A stretch of 63,161 nt of DNA, counting the filler, from Nitrospirae bacterium CG2_30_53_67 (GTDB taxonomy: Bacteria; CG2-30-53-67): the NCBI GenBank assembly GCA_001873285.1. It is 5 parts of 5 records of this genome, joined end to end, with 100 filler letters (N's around TTAATTAATTAA, not from the genome) between each part and the next. Parts side by side here need not be neighbours in the genome. Positions count along the whole stretch, not along the records: positions 38,938 to 54,326 come from MNYV01000131.1; 4 more parts are not named here. One strand, 5' to 3'. Shown here in pieces: positions 42,127 to 52,808 of this stretch. Under the pieces are notes generated by a model. It searched no databases and was not told the DNA's origin. It saw only the letters and a list, made by a program, of their open reading frames with translations. Made by a program: the position numbers and the translations under genes. Position 1 is the first letter of the stretch, and each line of letters opens with the position of its first letter.

Positions 42127-42243
42127 GAGTACTTGCTGGACAAGAATCAGTTGTACGTCAATCTCTCCGAGATAGACGACGCGCAGTCTAACGATAAGGA
42201 GAAGGCGATGAAGCAGGCATTCTCCGGAGAAACGTACGAGTAA
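42127..42243 (+). pseudogene. Possible remnant of a type III R-M Mod methyltransferase C-terminus
   Basis: EYLLDKNQLYVNLSEIDDAQSNDKEKAMKQAF resembles Mod tails recalled from memory. Confidence 0.45.
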
Positions 42244-42265
42244 TCCTGACAGATTCTGCACAGCG

Positions 42266-42299
42266 AAAAAAGGCCCCTTCCTTTGGAGAAAGGGGCCTT
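42266..42299 (-). terminator. Intrinsic terminator after hppA
   Basis: Minus strand AAGGCCCCTT-TCTCCAAAGG-AAGGGGCCTT followed by a T-run. Confidence 0.75.
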
Positions 42300-42321
42300 A
42301 AAACGCCATGGACCGTAAAAA

Positions 42322-44385
42322 CTACCGGCCGGCCAGGGCCACAAGCGGCGCAATCACCAGGGAAACAATGGACATGAGTTTGATCAAAATATTCATGGCC
42401 GGTCCCGATGTATCCTTGAAGGGATCGCCGATGGTGTCTCCCACCACCGCGGCCTTGTGGGCGTCCGAACCCTTGCCGCCGAGGTTCCCTTTTTCAATAT
42501 ACTTCTTGGCATTGTCCCAGGCGCCGCCGCCGTTTCCCATGAAGAGGGCCATGAGAACTCCGGTCACCGTGGCGCCGGCCAGCATCCCCCCGAGGGCTTC
42601 AGGACCGAGAACAAATCCCACAACTAAGGGGAGAATGACCGCCGTAAGTCCGGGCACGATCATCTCCCGAATGGCGGCAGCAGCGCTGATATCCACGCAC
42701 TTCTTGGAATCAGGCTTGACATCGGGCTTTCCTTCGAGAAGGCCGGGGATCTCCCTGAACTGACGCCGGATCTCTTCGACCATTTTCATGGCGGCCTTGC
42801 CCACCGAGGTCATGGTCATCGCGGCGACCAGGAAGGGGATAATACCTCCGATAAAGAGGCCGATCACCACCTTGGCGTCGGTCACAATAATCTGCATCGA
42901 TTGAAGACCGTTTCCGACCCGGGTATGATCAACGGCCTGGGTATAGGCGGAAAAAAGGGCCAGCGCCGTGAGCGCCGCAGAACCAATGGCAAACCCTTTG
43001 CCGATGGCCGCCGTGGTATTTCCCAGTGCATCCAGGGCGTCGGTGATCTTACGGGTTTCCTTACCCAGCCCGGCCATCTCGGAGATTCCGCCTGCGTTAT
43101 CGGCCACGGGCCCATAGGCGTCCACGGACATGGTGATTCCCACGGTTGCGAGCATGCCCACAGCCGAGATCCCGATACCGTAGAGTCCTGCCACCTTGTC
43201 GGCGACATAGATGGCCGCGCAGATGATCAGAACCGGAATCGCCGTACTCTCAAGACCCACGGCAAGCCCCGTGATCACATTGGTGGCGGCGCCGGTCTTG
43301 CTGGACTCGGCGATCCGGACGATGGGACCGGCAGAGGTGTAATATTCAGTGACAAGACCGATGAAGATCCCGGCCAATGTCCCGACAAGCACGGCCCAGA
43401 ACGCGGAATTATGCACCTCCATGGTGGTCACAACAAACCAGGCAAGGATCAGAAAGAGGCCTGCGGCCACAAACGTGGAATAACGCAGGGCCGCTGCCGG
43501 GCTCCAGTTCTGCATGATCTTCATGGAAAGAATGCCGATCAATGAGGCCACAAGCCCGAACATGGCCAGGATGATGGGTAGGCTCATATAACTCGACTTC
43601 AGGGCCGCGGTGATATGCGGATCGGTTTCCAGGGCGGTCGCAGCGATGGCGATGGTGGCGACGATGGATCCCACGTAGGACTCGAAGATGTCGGCGCCGA
43701 GGCCTGCCACGTCACCCACGTTATCACCTACGTTGTCGGCGATCACACCGGGGTTCCTGGGGTCGTCCTCGGGAATGCCGGCCTCAATTTTCCCGACCAG
43801 ATCCGCTCCCACGTCAGCAGACTTGGTGTAGATCCCGCCGCCCACACGGGCGAAGAGGGCGATGGAGCTCGCTCCCATGGCGAATCCGTTGATGTTTGCA
43901 ATCGCCAGCTGATTCGCCGGATCATGACCGAAAAAGTAATATGCAATCCCCAGGCCCATGATCCCGAGGCTGGCCACGGCAAGCCCCATGATGGCGCCGC
44001 CGCTGAATGCCATGGAAAGGGCCGGCCCGTGGTTCGGCTTGTTGGCCTCGGCGGCCTGAGCCGTTCTCACATTGGCGATGGTCGCCCCATTCATCCCGAT
44101 AAAGCCGGCCAGGATGGAGCAGATCGCTCCGCCCACAAAACAAAAGGCGGTCATGATGCTCACCTTCCAGGTTAACAGGATAAAGACGATCACGATGAAG
44201 CCGGCAAGGACCTTGTACATGCGGAACAGGAAGACCAGGGCCCCATCATGGATCTGATCGGCAATATCTTTCATTCTTTCATTTCCCGCAGGCTTGGCCT
44301 TGAGCGATGAGAAGATGATGAACGCAAAGATCAGCCCGATGATCCCGATCAAAGGTGCAAGATTCGTGTTAAGAAGCATGGACAT
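42322..44385 (-). CDS. hppA: Membrane-bound ion-translocating pyrophosphatase, K+-dependent type
   Basis: [44 protein letters not shown]. Confidence 0.96.
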   Translation of the reverse strand: MSMLLNTNLAPLIGIIGLIFAFIIFSSLKAKPAGNERMKDIADQIHDGALVFLFRMYKVLAGFIVIVFILLTWKVSIMTAFCFVGGAICSILAGFIGMNGATIANVRTAQAAEANKPNHGPALSMAFSGGAIMGLAVASLGIMGLGIAYYFFGHDPANQLAIANINGFAMGASSIALFARVGGGIYTKSADVGADLVGKIEAGIPEDDPRNPGVIADNVGDNVGDVAGLGADIFESYVGSIVATIAIAATALETDPHITAALKSSYMSLPIILAMFGLVASLIGILSMKIMQNWSPAAALRYSTFVAAGLFLILAWFVVTTMEVHNSAFWAVLVGTLAGIFIGLVTEYYTSAGPIVRIAESSKTGAATNVITGLAVGLESTAIPVLIICAAIYVADKVAGLYGIGISAVGMLATVGITMSVDAYGPVADNAGGISEMAGLGKETRKITDALDALGNTTAAIGKGFAIGSAALTALALFSAYTQAVDHTRVGNGLQSMQIIVTDAKVVIGLFIGGIIPFLVAAMTMTSVGKAAMKMVEEIRRQFREIPGLLEGKPDVKPDSKKCVDISAAAAIREMIVPGLTAVILPLVVGFVLGPEALGGMLAGATVTGVLMALFMGNGGGAWDNAKKYIEKGNLGGKGSDAHKAAVVGDTIGDPFKDTSGPAMNILIKLMSIVSLVIAPLVALAGR

Positions 44386-44579
44386 TTTCCGTTCCTCCTC
44401 TGCAAAAAAAATTAGAAAATCCATCGAAAAACTTAAAATTAATCCCGGAAAACTAAAAACCTTAAAATTAGAATATTGATATTTAAATATATCTCTAAAA
44501 AAGTAAAGTTAGAATTTCTTATAGTTTTGTTAGTAAATATTATCGTTGAGTTTTCATGCTATGGGAATCTCATTTTGTG

Positions 44580-45137
44580 TTATGAATGAAAATGGTTCAT
44601 GGCTTCAGTCATTCCATGTAAAACAAGGTATTCCATGATATCCGCCGCTTTCTCGGCCCATTTCCGAGACTCGGCAGGGTCTGGAAAATTTCTTAACACA
44701 TAGTCCGCCGGGTCCTCGCCCGCTTCAGGACGTCCGATACCGATTCGGATCCGGACAAAATCGGCCCCGCATATTTCGATAATGGAGCGGAGCCCGTTGT
44801 GACCGCCGTGACCGCCTCCCTTCTTGATTTTGATTCGGCCTCGCTCCAGGTCTATATCGTCGTGGACCACGATTACGGATCCGATATGGACCTTGTCCTT
44901 ACCCATGAGCGAGGCTAACGCCTCTCCGCTCCGGTTCATGAAGGTCTGCGGCTTGGCCAGCAGGACCGGAATGCCGCCCATCTCTGCTTTCCCGACCAGG
45001 GACTTGCAACTCCTGTGCCGGAGCCGCATCCCTGCTCTCTTGGCCAACTCGTCAACGACCAGAAACCCGATATTGTGCCGGTGCTTCTGGTACTTGCGTC
45101 CCGGATTTCCGAGCCCGACGATCATGCGAAGATCCAT
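44580..45137 (-). CDS. pth: Peptidyl-tRNA hydrolase
   Basis: VGLGNPG...RHNIGF, KPQTFMNRSG, HDDID, GHNGLRS. Confidence 0.97.
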   Translation of the reverse strand: MDLRMIVGLGNPGRKYQKHRHNIGFLVVDELAKRAGMRLRHRSCKSLVGKAEMGGIPVLLAKPQTFMNRSGEALASLMGKDKVHIGSVIVVHDDIDLERGRIKIKKGGGHGGHNGLRSIIEICGADFVRIRIGIGRPEAGEDPADYVLRNFPDPAESRKWAEKAADIMEYLVLHGMTEAMNHFHS

Positions 45138-45241
45138 GCCTGTGAGCCTTTTGCAATGGGACTTCTACCGACTTAGCGGCCTTTCATGCAGATTCGCAAA
45201 GAATGTCCGGCCGGTTCACACATGGATGAAATGAATGGCGC

Positions 45242-45916
45242 TCAACTCTTGGACCCGGGTTTCTTTTCGGTCGCATCGGGCTTTTCCGGGGCCTCTCCTT
45301 CGGGAGCAGCCCCCTCTTCAGCAACAGCCCCTTCCACGGCCTCAGCCGGTTTGGCCGCCTCCTCCACCACAGGCGCCAGAACCGAATAGAGCACCTGATC
45401 TCCTGGCGTCAGAACCTTGACCCCCAGGTCCGGCAGATCCGAGACATGAATCGCATCTCCCACATCCAGATTGGAGCAGTCAACCTGGAAAAACTCTGGA
45501 ATTTCGTGGGGGAGGCATTCGATCTCCACGTGGCTCAAGGCATGGGTCAGAATCCCGCCCTTTTTGCACCCCTCAGGCGTGCCTCCCTCTGCCTTGACCT
45601 CCACCACGACCTTGATCTTCTGGTCCATGGAGACCTCAAAGAGGTCGGCATGAATCGGCACGCGTTGGATCGGATCCATCTGGACGTCCTTCAAGAGAGC
45701 CATCTTCTTGTTTCCGTCTATGGTGATCTCCAGGATGGCATTGAACCCGGCCTCGGATTTTAAAACCTGCTGTAAATCCTTGAGCCGGACGGTGAGGCTT
45801 CGGATGACTTCGTGTCCATACATCACGGCCGGAACCATTCCCATCCGCCGGAGTTTCCTGGCCGCCCCTTTGCCTGCCGCTTCCCTTGATAAAACTTCGA
45901 GTGAAATCGTTTTCAT
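45242..45916 (-). CDS. rplY: 50S ribosomal protein L25/Ctc
   Basis: GKGAARKLRR...VPAVMYG, HADLF; long Ctc form. Confidence 0.95.
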   Translation of the reverse strand: MKTISLEVLSREAAGKGAARKLRRMGMVPAVMYGHEVIRSLTVRLKDLQQVLKSEAGFNAILEITIDGNKKMALLKDVQMDPIQRVPIHADLFEVSMDQKIKVVVEVKAEGGTPEGCKKGGILTHALSHVEIECLPHEIPEFFQVDCSNLDVGDAIHVSDLPDLGVKVLTPGDQVLYSVLAPVVEEAAKPAEAVEGAVAEEGAAPEGEAPEKPDATEKKPGSKS

Positions 45917-45941
45917 CTTGCACCTCTATATATCATGTTTC

Positions 45942-46874
45942 TTATTCAAAAAGTGTACTGATCGTGGTCTCTTCATGAATATTCTGAATGGCTTTGGAAA
46001 AGAGTTCTCCAATGGAGAGGATCACGATCTTTTTGCACTGATCCCCTTTCTTGAAGGGGATACTGTTGGTCGCTACAACCTTGTTCAGGGCCGATTCATT
46101 GATCCGGGTCAGGGCCGGGCCTGACAGGACCGGATGCGTACAGCACGCGGAGACGCTCATGGCCCCCTGGTTCATAATCGCGCTGGATGCTTCAGCCAGA
46201 GTTCCTGCGGTATCCACCATGTCATCCAGGATCAATGCCTTTTTCCCTTCCACTTCACCGATCAGGTTCATGACCTTGGATTCATTGGGCATGGTACGCC
46301 GCTTGTCAATGATGGCGAGAGAGGCATTGAGCCGTTTGGCAAAGGCCCGGGCGCGTTGCACGCCGCCCGCATCCGGTGAGACCACCACGCAGCCCTCCCC
46401 ATGCATTCCGTTCTTTCGAAAATAGTCGAGGAGTATCGGAGCGGAATACAGGTTGTCCACCGGGATATTGAAAAACCCTTGAATCTGACCCGCGTGCAGG
46501 TCCATGGTTAAGACGCGATTCGCTCCTGCGGTGGTGATGAGATCGGCCACAAGCTTGGCGGTGATGGGAACCCTCGGAAGGACCTTACGGTCCTGCCTGG
46601 CATAGCCGTAATAAGGAAGAACGGCCGTAATGCGGCGGGCCGAAGCCCTCTTCATGGCATCGATCATGATCAGGAGTTCCATCAGGTTGTGATTGACCGG
46701 GTTACAGGTGGATTGGACCACAAAAACATCCCGGCCTCTCACGTTTTCATTGATCTGCACCATGATCTCACCGTCGCTGAAGGTGCTGACCTCGGCATCT
46801 CCCAGAGAAATATTCAAATGCCCGCAGATTTCTTTTGCAAGCTCCGGATCGGAGTTTCCGGAAAAGATCTTCAT
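45942..46874 (-). CDS. prs: Ribose-phosphate pyrophosphokinase
   Basis: [43 protein letters not shown]. Confidence 0.98.
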   Translation of the reverse strand: MKIFSGNSDPELAKEICGHLNISLGDAEVSTFSDGEIMVQINENVRGRDVFVVQSTCNPVNHNLMELLIMIDAMKRASARRITAVLPYYGYARQDRKVLPRVPITAKLVADLITTAGANRVLTMDLHAGQIQGFFNIPVDNLYSAPILLDYFRKNGMHGEGCVVVSPDAGGVQRARAFAKRLNASLAIIDKRRTMPNESKVMNLIGEVEGKKALILDDMVDTAGTLAEASSAIMNQGAMSVSACCTHPVLSGPALTRINESALNKVVATNSIPFKKGDQCKKIVILSIGELFSKAIQNIHEETTISTLFE

Positions 46875-46949
46875 CCCGCATGATCCTTTCTTGTGTCACA
46901 TTCAAGAAGTGCCTTTTAACAAAAAGCTTGACTTCACTAAACATTTTTA

Positions 46950-47269
46950 GTTCTTCTCCCCTTTAATGGGGAAAAAAGGGTTCGAGGATTCCAGGGGTCC
47001 AGGGGTCAAGTGAAATGCTGAAACGCAAGCAAAATCTCCAGAGAAAAACACTGGATCCCAAGATGCCTTAGTGTAGTAGCCGTCGCAGACGGCAATGATA
47101 TAGAAAAGCGGGACACGCGAAGCGTAACCCTTGACCCATAGGACCCTCGGCCCCTTATATTTTTAGCACTTCACCCCGTTAGAGGACAACCTCTAACGGG
47201 GTTCACTTGACCCCTGGAATCCTTGACCCCTTGACCCCTAATGTTTTCACCCGCTCTTTTGGATATGAT
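46950..47269 (-). repeat. Family A repeat copy with two nested inserts
   Basis: Family A ends; inserts at about 47057-47126 and 47175-47201. Confidence 0.9.
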
Positions 47270-47285
47270 CTAAATTTTATAAACA

Positions 47286-47359
47286 TGGCTCGGGGGCAGG
47301 GATTCGAACCCCGATAGCCAGAACCAAAATCTGGAGTCCTACCGTTGGACGACCCCCGA
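47286..47359 (-). tRNA. tRNA-Gln (TTG)
   Basis: Reverse complement TCGGGGGTCGTCCAACGGTAGGACTCCAGATTTTGGTTCTGG...GTTCGAATCC...GAGCCA; canonical ispE-prs position. Confidence 0.95.
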
Positions 47360-47412
47360 TTTCTATTTCCCGGTCTATGGACATAGTAAAAGGTGCGCCT
47401 CGGCTTCGGCCA

Positions 47413-47703
47413 TCAGGATCCGCTCCCCTCTCCCAATCCCATAGTCCGGCTCTTGATGACCGTCCAATATTCGCTCAATACTTTTTCTTGAATTCTCTCG
47501 CGTGTCTCCGTATCCAGGGGATGCGCCGTATCCTTAAACGTCCCGTCCGACCGGCGTCGGCTGGGCATGGCCACAAAGATCCCTTTTCGTCCCTCGATCA
47601 CTTTTAAATCTCGAACCACAAAACAATCATCAATGGTAATCGTTGCATAAGCCTTCAGCATCTTGTCTGCTACCGGAAAGATGTGAACCTCTGTAATTTC
47701 CAT
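47413..47703 (-). CDS. spoVG: SpoVG family nucleic-acid-binding protein
   Basis: MEITEVHIFP...LKAYATITIDDCFVVRDLKVIEG...FVAMPSRR...DTAHP. Confidence 0.93.
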   Translation of the reverse strand: MEITEVHIFPVADKMLKAYATITIDDCFVVRDLKVIEGRKGIFVAMPSRRRSDGTFKDTAHPLDTETRERIQEKVLSEYWTVIKSRTMGLGEGSGS

Positions 47704-47747
47704 ACAGTTGACATCACCACCTTTCTGCCGTTGAAAGATGTTCCTTA

Positions 47748-47910
47748 GTGGTCCTGTTCGTAAATATGGTGACGCACCGAGAGGATCGTAGGGCGGTCTC
47801 ATCAAGGCACGCGACTGAGGCGTACCCTCTGTGGTACGTCGCAAGGAGCGTAACGCAGAGGAGACCGCCCTACGGCACTCGAATGCCACCGTATTTACGA
47901 ATAGGGCCAC
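47748..47910. mobile_element. MITE family B, copy 1 (163 bp, TTA target duplication)
   Basis: TIRs GTGGTCCTGTTCGTAAATA / TATTTACGAATAGGGCCAC, flanked by TTA on both sides. Confidence 0.88.
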
Positions 47911-47922
47911 TTACATTGGCTT

Positions 47923-48798
47923 CTATTCAAGCGATTCCGGCAAGGCGCTCAGCGTATGTATCATAAAAACCGATAGATCTTTTTTTTCTCCTAATTGCTG
48001 TTTTACGGCTCTGGCCGGATCCTCATCTGAAAAGGCCCCGAAAATAGCCGGCCCGCTTCCTGACATCAGGACATGCAGAGCACCCGAAGTTTCAAGTGTT
48101 TCTTTGATCTGCTTCAGGCATGGGTAAGCCTTAAAGGTTGCTCTTTCCAAATCGTTCTCTAAACAAATCCCGCCCGCACAGGAAACGGCGGGGAAAAACT
48201 TGGGTATGCTAATATTTTTATGTTCTATTGTCAACCCTAATTTTAGGTTCTGATATGCCCATGCCGTTGAAACTTTAAAACCCGGATAAATGAGGAGAAT
48301 CCATAGGGGGGGAGATGGGGGAGAAAGTTTTTCAAGTATTTCTCCCCTCCCTGTTGCATAGGCCGAGGGGGAGAAGAGAAAGAAGGGAACATCCATGCCG
48401 ATCTTCCCGGCCAGATCCATGAGCCTCTCCCTGGGAAAACCGAGATCCCACAACCGGTTCAACCCGATCAGGGTTGCTGCGGCATCGCTGCTCCCCCCTC
48501 CCAGGCCGGCGGCAATGGGTATCCTCTTGGTCAGCCGTATCCGGACCGCCGGGAATTTTCCTGATTCCCTCGCCAACAACTCTGCCGCCCGATAGATCAG
48601 ATTCTCTTCGCCGACAGGGAGATCGTCCCGATCGGTTTCGATCCGGATCCCGGTCCCTCCCTCTTGAATCAATAGATCGTCAAACAGAGAGATCATTTGC
48701 AGCACGGTCTCAATCTCGTGGTATCCGTCCGGCCTTTTCTTGAGGACGCGCAACCCGAAATTTATTTTTGCAGGCGCCCTCACCGCCGCCTGATTCAT
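47923..48798 (-). CDS. ispE: 4-diphosphocytidyl-2-C-methyl-D-erythritol kinase
   Basis: APAKIN, GYHEI, KRIPIAAGLGGGSSDAA, MSGSG. Confidence 0.97.
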   Translation of the reverse strand: MNQAAVRAPAKINFGLRVLKKRPDGYHEIETVLQMISLFDDLLIQEGGTGIRIETDRDDLPVGEENLIYRAAELLARESGKFPAVRIRLTKRIPIAAGLGGGSSDAAATLIGLNRLWDLGFPRERLMDLAGKIGMDVPFFLFSPSAYATGRGEILEKLSPPSPPLWILLIYPGFKVSTAWAYQNLKLGLTIEHKNISIPKFFPAVSCAGGICLENDLERATFKAYPCLKQIKETLETSGALHVLMSGSGPAIFGAFSDEDPARAVKQQLGEKKDLSVFMIHTLSALPESLE

Positions 48799-49565
48799 GG
48801 CCGATGGTCTCCATTCATATTCGTGGTTTCGAAAAGGCTCCCCTCTATAGCCTGATTCAGCAAAAGTGAACGGTATCGGAGTGTGAGCTCCACACCTTCA
48901 GAGCCGCTATAAGTGATATGGTAGGGGATGGAGATCCCCTCCACCGCTCGGAAATCGTCAAATACAAGCGTTTCCACGGGGCTGCCTTTTGCATTGAGCC
49001 GTTCCCAGCGGATGATCCGCCCGGCCGGATCCATCCAGACCTTCTGGATGACACGGCGGTCATTTAGGATTTTCAGCATGGTTTCTTCATGATCCGGCTC
49101 AATTAGGATATGATCCGGCTCCAGGGGTGGAAGGGGCGGTCTTCCCATGAGAATCCGGATAAGATCCGGTATGGAGAGGTCCAAGCCGAGGAATCGCTTC
49201 AGGGGTCCCGGTTCCGAAGCAAATTCATAGGTCTTGAATTCTCCGGGGACCACAAAAACCCCTCTTTTCCCTCTTGAAATCATCAGAAGCTGCAGTCCGC
49301 CTGCGGGATTCCAGGATTCGAGCCGGACGGCGTCCGGTATCTGTAAAAGGATCACCTCTTCCATGGCGTCGCGGCCTGCTGATGTCCGGATGGACACCCT
49401 GGCCGTTCCGGTGAGCGTGTGAATACGTTGGGTCTCCTCTCGCATTTGTTGGATCATCTTCTGGTGAAGGATGATCTGGTCCGGGAGAAGAAACCATCTG
49501 GTTTTGGGGACACAGCCGCAAAACAAGATCAGGAGCGACAAAAAAGATAAAACCGATTTCCTCAC
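48795..49565 (-). CDS. LolB-like/DUF4292 lipoprotein
   Basis: Lipobox FCGC; located between the TPR gene and ispE, where lolB usually sits. Confidence 0.6.
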   Translation of the reverse strand: MRKSVLSFLSLLILFCGCVPKTRWFLLPDQIILHQKMIQQMREETQRIHTLTGTARVSIRTSAGRDAMEEVILLQIPDAVRLESWNPAGGLQLLMISRGKRGVFVVPGEFKTYEFASEPGPLKRFLGLDLSIPDLIRILMGRPPLPPLEPDHILIEPDHEETMLKILNDRRVIQKVWMDPAGRIIRWERLNAKGSPVETLVFDDFRAVEGISIPYHITYSGSEGVELTLRYRSLLLNQAIEGSLFETTNMNGDHRP

Positions 49566-49577
49566 ATCCCCCTCTAA

Positions 49578-49738
49578 GTGGCCCTGTTCGTAAATATGGT
49601 GACGTACCGAGAGGGTCGTAGGGCGGTCTCATCAAGGCGCGCGACTGAGGCGTACCCTCTGGTACACCGCAAGGAGCGCAACTTTGATCCGACCGCCCTA
49701 CGACCCTCGAATACCATCGTATTTACGAATAGGGCCAC
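49578..49738. mobile_element. MITE family B, copy 2 (161 bp, TAA target duplication)
   Basis: Same TIRs; flanked by TAA; inserted at the TPR gene stop codon. Confidence 0.88.
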
Positions 49739-51462
49739 TAAGGCAATCCGTTATTCAGTTTATTGAGAAGAGACGGGTCATCAGGATTCGTCTTGAGCGC
49801 CTTCTCCCAATATTCCCTGGCCTTTTCAGGGTACCCGGCCTTGAAATAAGCATCCCCCAAATGCTCGGTCACGACAGGATCTCCAGGGAGATTCCCGTTG
49901 GATTGCTCCAGATATTTTACGGCATCATCAAAGCGGCCCATTTTAAAGTAGATCCATCCGAGGCTATCCAGATAATAGGCGTCTTCGGGTCGGATCTTGA
50001 GCGCTCGGACAATCAGGTCCTCGGCCTCTTTCAGGTTGATCCCTTTTTCAGCAAACATGTACCCCAGGTAGTTGAGGGCATTGCCGTTATCCGGGTTCAG
50101 TTCAATGGTCTTGCGGAAGGCCGCAACCGCATCATCAAAACGTTTCAGCCTTTCATAAACCACCCCTAACTGAAAATAGAGATTATCGTTATTCCCGTTC
50201 AGCCGGACGGCCTCCTGAAGGACCTCAACGGCCTTGGTGTCTTCTTTTTTAATGGAATAGATCATGCCGAGATACAAAAGGACTTCCGGATTGTCCGGCA
50301 GCTTTTCCCGGGTCTCCATCAGGAGAGTCACGGCCTTTTCCAGGCGGTCCATTTTTTGATAAAGCTGCGCCAGGCGGAAAATCGTATCCAGATCGTCCGG
50401 CATCATGGAAAGGACCTCAAGATATTCCTTTTCGGCGAGGTCCAGCTTTTCGGATCCTTCATAGGCCGCACCCAAATAAAAGTGCGCCTTCACGTTTCCC
50501 GGCTCCAAGGCCAGGGCAATCCTCAGCTCCTCGACCGCACGGCTCAGGTTCTCCTGTTGAAGATAAATCAGGCCCACCTTCAGGTGTGCGTCTGCATTGT
50601 TGGGCTCCAGTTCACTCAACTCTTTCAACTGACTCAGGGCCTTATCCATCTGATTCCCCTGGATATAGAGTATACTCAGCCTCTTCTGGATTTGCGTTTG
50701 ATGGGGGTTGATCTTCAACGCTTTTTTATAGGTCTGAATCGCCTTGTCGTTTTTTTTCTCGATCTCATATAGGATCCCAAGGCTGAGATAGGCCTGCATA
50801 AAATCCGGATCCGTGCGTATACTTTTTTCAAAATACCTTCCGGCCCGTGCAAACTCCTTCTGGTTGGCATACACCCGACCAAGATAATAATACCCCAGAC
50901 TTTCCTGGTTCTTGATCCTTGAGAGTCTCTTGAAAAGTTCCACGGCCGGATCTGTCCGTCCCTGCTGCAGATAGAGGGTTCCGAGAAAGATATAGGCCTC
51001 ATGTTGTCCGGGATTTAAACGCAGAACTTTTTCATAAATCCGGACGGCATCATCCTGGCGCTTCAAGCTGGAGTAAACCCCGGCCGTCAGCATCAGCAAA
51101 TTGACCGATTCCGGATCCATGGCAAGGGCCTTTTCGCAGGCATCGGCGGCCTTTTGCAGGTCTCCGTTCTGAAGGTAGAGAGATGCCAGATACGATTCGA
51201 GCAAAGGGGAGCCGGGATCAGCTTGCTCCGCCTTTTTAATCTCTTCCAGAGCCCCCTTCTGATCCCCCTTAAGCCGGTACCGGTTCGCATTCAAAAAATG
51301 GGCATAGGCCTTAGGAGATGCCGTCCGGACTCTGGTCGGCAGCTCGACTTTGGGTTCAGGAGGCGCCGCCGCACTCTCCGGTCCCACGGCATGATTGAGA
51401 ATCGAGCAAGCGGAAAGAGTGAGAAGTGTGAAAACAGAAAAAAAGAACCATCTGAACCACAT
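49738..51462 (-). CDS. TPR-repeat lipoprotein
   Basis: Lipobox LSAC; many TPRs; ALNYLGY...YLDSLGW...EHLGDAY tail. Confidence 0.9.
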   Translation of the reverse strand: MWFRWFFFSVFTLLTLSACSILNHAVGPESAAAPPEPKVELPTRVRTASPKAYAHFLNANRYRLKGDQKGALEEIKKAEQADPGSPLLESYLASLYLQNGDLQKAADACEKALAMDPESVNLLMLTAGVYSSLKRQDDAVRIYEKVLRLNPGQHEAYIFLGTLYLQQGRTDPAVELFKRLSRIKNQESLGYYYLGRVYANQKEFARAGRYFEKSIRTDPDFMQAYLSLGILYEIEKKNDKAIQTYKKALKINPHQTQIQKRLSILYIQGNQMDKALSQLKELSELEPNNADAHLKVGLIYLQQENLSRAVEELRIALALEPGNVKAHFYLGAAYEGSEKLDLAEKEYLEVLSMMPDDLDTIFRLAQLYQKMDRLEKAVTLLMETREKLPDNPEVLLYLGMIYSIKKEDTKAVEVLQEAVRLNGNNDNLYFQLGVVYERLKRFDDAVAAFRKTIELNPDNGNALNYLGYMFAEKGINLKEAEDLIVRALKIRPEDAYYLDSLGWIYFKMGRFDDAVKYLEQSNGNLPGDPVVTEHLGDAYFKAGYPEKAREYWEKALKTNPDDPSLLNKLNNGLP

Positions 51463-51590
51463 GTTAAAAACTCCTTAAAAAAACATAGGGTTACAATTCT
51501 ATAAACTTAACTGATTTTGGCTCCATTGTCAAAATAAAAATCTCCGCTTGAATGCGTTTTCGTTTGGCATTATCTTATTTATTATTTTAT

Positions 51591-51837
51591 GATCAGCTCC
51601 AAAAGAGTGGGTGAAAACATAAGGTTTCAAGGGATCAAGGATTCCAGGGGTCAAGTGAAGTGCTTTTCAAAAACTTGAGGGTCCGAGTGAAAAGCTTAGC
51701 AAGAAGCTGAGGGGTTAACAGATCAAGAGCCCCGGGGGCAGGTGAGATGATAAAAGAATATCTAAATCAAAAAACCCTTGGACCCTATAACCCTTGACCC
51801 CTCGACCCCTTTTTAACCACTAAATGGGAGAAGAACC
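51591..51837 (+). repeat. Family A repeat copy upstream of the ABC ATPase
   Basis: GATCAGCTCCAAAAGAGTGGGTGAAAAC ... AACCACTAAATGGGAGAAGAACC with a divergent centre. Confidence 0.85.
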
Positions 51838-51875
51838 TTTAATTGCCCGCTTTTATTTCGCCCGGAGATAGGGAC

Positions 51876-52808
51876 ATGGAACCGCTGATCATTGCGAAAC
51901 ACCTGACCAAAAGATTCGGCGAGGTTGCCGCCGTAAAAGGGGTTGATTTCACAGTCTATAAAGGGGAATGCTTTGGGTTTCTCGGACCCAATGGGGCGGG
52001 GAAAACCAGCACGATCCGGATGATTTACGGCTTCTCTCCCATGACCGCAGGCGTCTTGAAGGTCATGGGCATGGACATCCGGACATCGGCAAGATTAATT
52101 AAAAAGCATATCGGCGTGGTCTCCCAGGAAAACAATCTGGATACGGACCTGACGCTTATGGAAAACCTCCTGGTCTACTCCCGGTATTTCAACATCCCTA
52201 AAAAAGAGGCTTTGACGCGGGCCCGGCAGCTCATCGAATTCATGCAGCTTGGAGATAAAATCCATCATCTGGTAGAACATCTTTCCGGGGGAATGAAACG
52301 GCGTCTGGTCCTTGCCCGGGCGCTCATCAATTCTCCGAGCCTCCTCCTTCTGGATGAACCCACGACCGGCCTTGACCCGCAGGCCCGCCATCTGATCTGG
52401 CAGAGGCTACGCTCCTTGAAAAAGACCGGGGTTTCCATCATCCTGACCACACACTACATGGAAGAAGCGGCGCAGCTCTGCGACCGGATCGCGGTCATGG
52501 ACCACGGTAAAATCATTGCAGCGGGCCCGCCCAAGGAGATGATCCTGACGCACGTGGGCGCCGAGATCATTGAACTTCGAATTGCCCCTGAACTGGATGA
52601 GGAGATCAGAACCTCGCTTCATGACCTTGAGCTCAAAACCGATCGATTCGACGATACGTTCTATATTTATATCCCGGCGGGAAAGCCCCTCTTCAAAGAA
52701 CTGACGCACAGGCTGATTCAATACACCCATACGGAAATGGTTCATCGACCGGCAACCCTTGAGGATCTTTTTTTACAGTTGACAGGAAGGGAACTCTCCG
52801 AATCATGA
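51876..52808 (+). CDS. ABC-2 exporter ATPase (NodI-like)
   Basis: GPNGAGKT, LSGGMKRRL, LLDEPTTGLDPQARHLIW. Confidence 0.9.
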   Translation: MEPLIIAKHLTKRFGEVAAVKGVDFTVYKGECFGFLGPNGAGKTSTIRMIYGFSPMTAGVLKVMGMDIRTSARLIKKHIGVVSQENNLDTDLTLMENLLVYSRYFNIPKKEALTRARQLIEFMQLGDKIHHLVEHLSGGMKRRLVLARALINSPSLLLLDEPTTGLDPQARHLIWQRLRSLKKTGVSIILTTHYMEEAAQLCDRIAVMDHGKIIAAGPPKEMILTHVGAEIIELRIAPELDEEIRTSLHDLELKTDRFDDTFYIYIPAGKPLFKELTHRLIQYTHTEMVHRPATLEDLFLQLTGRELSES

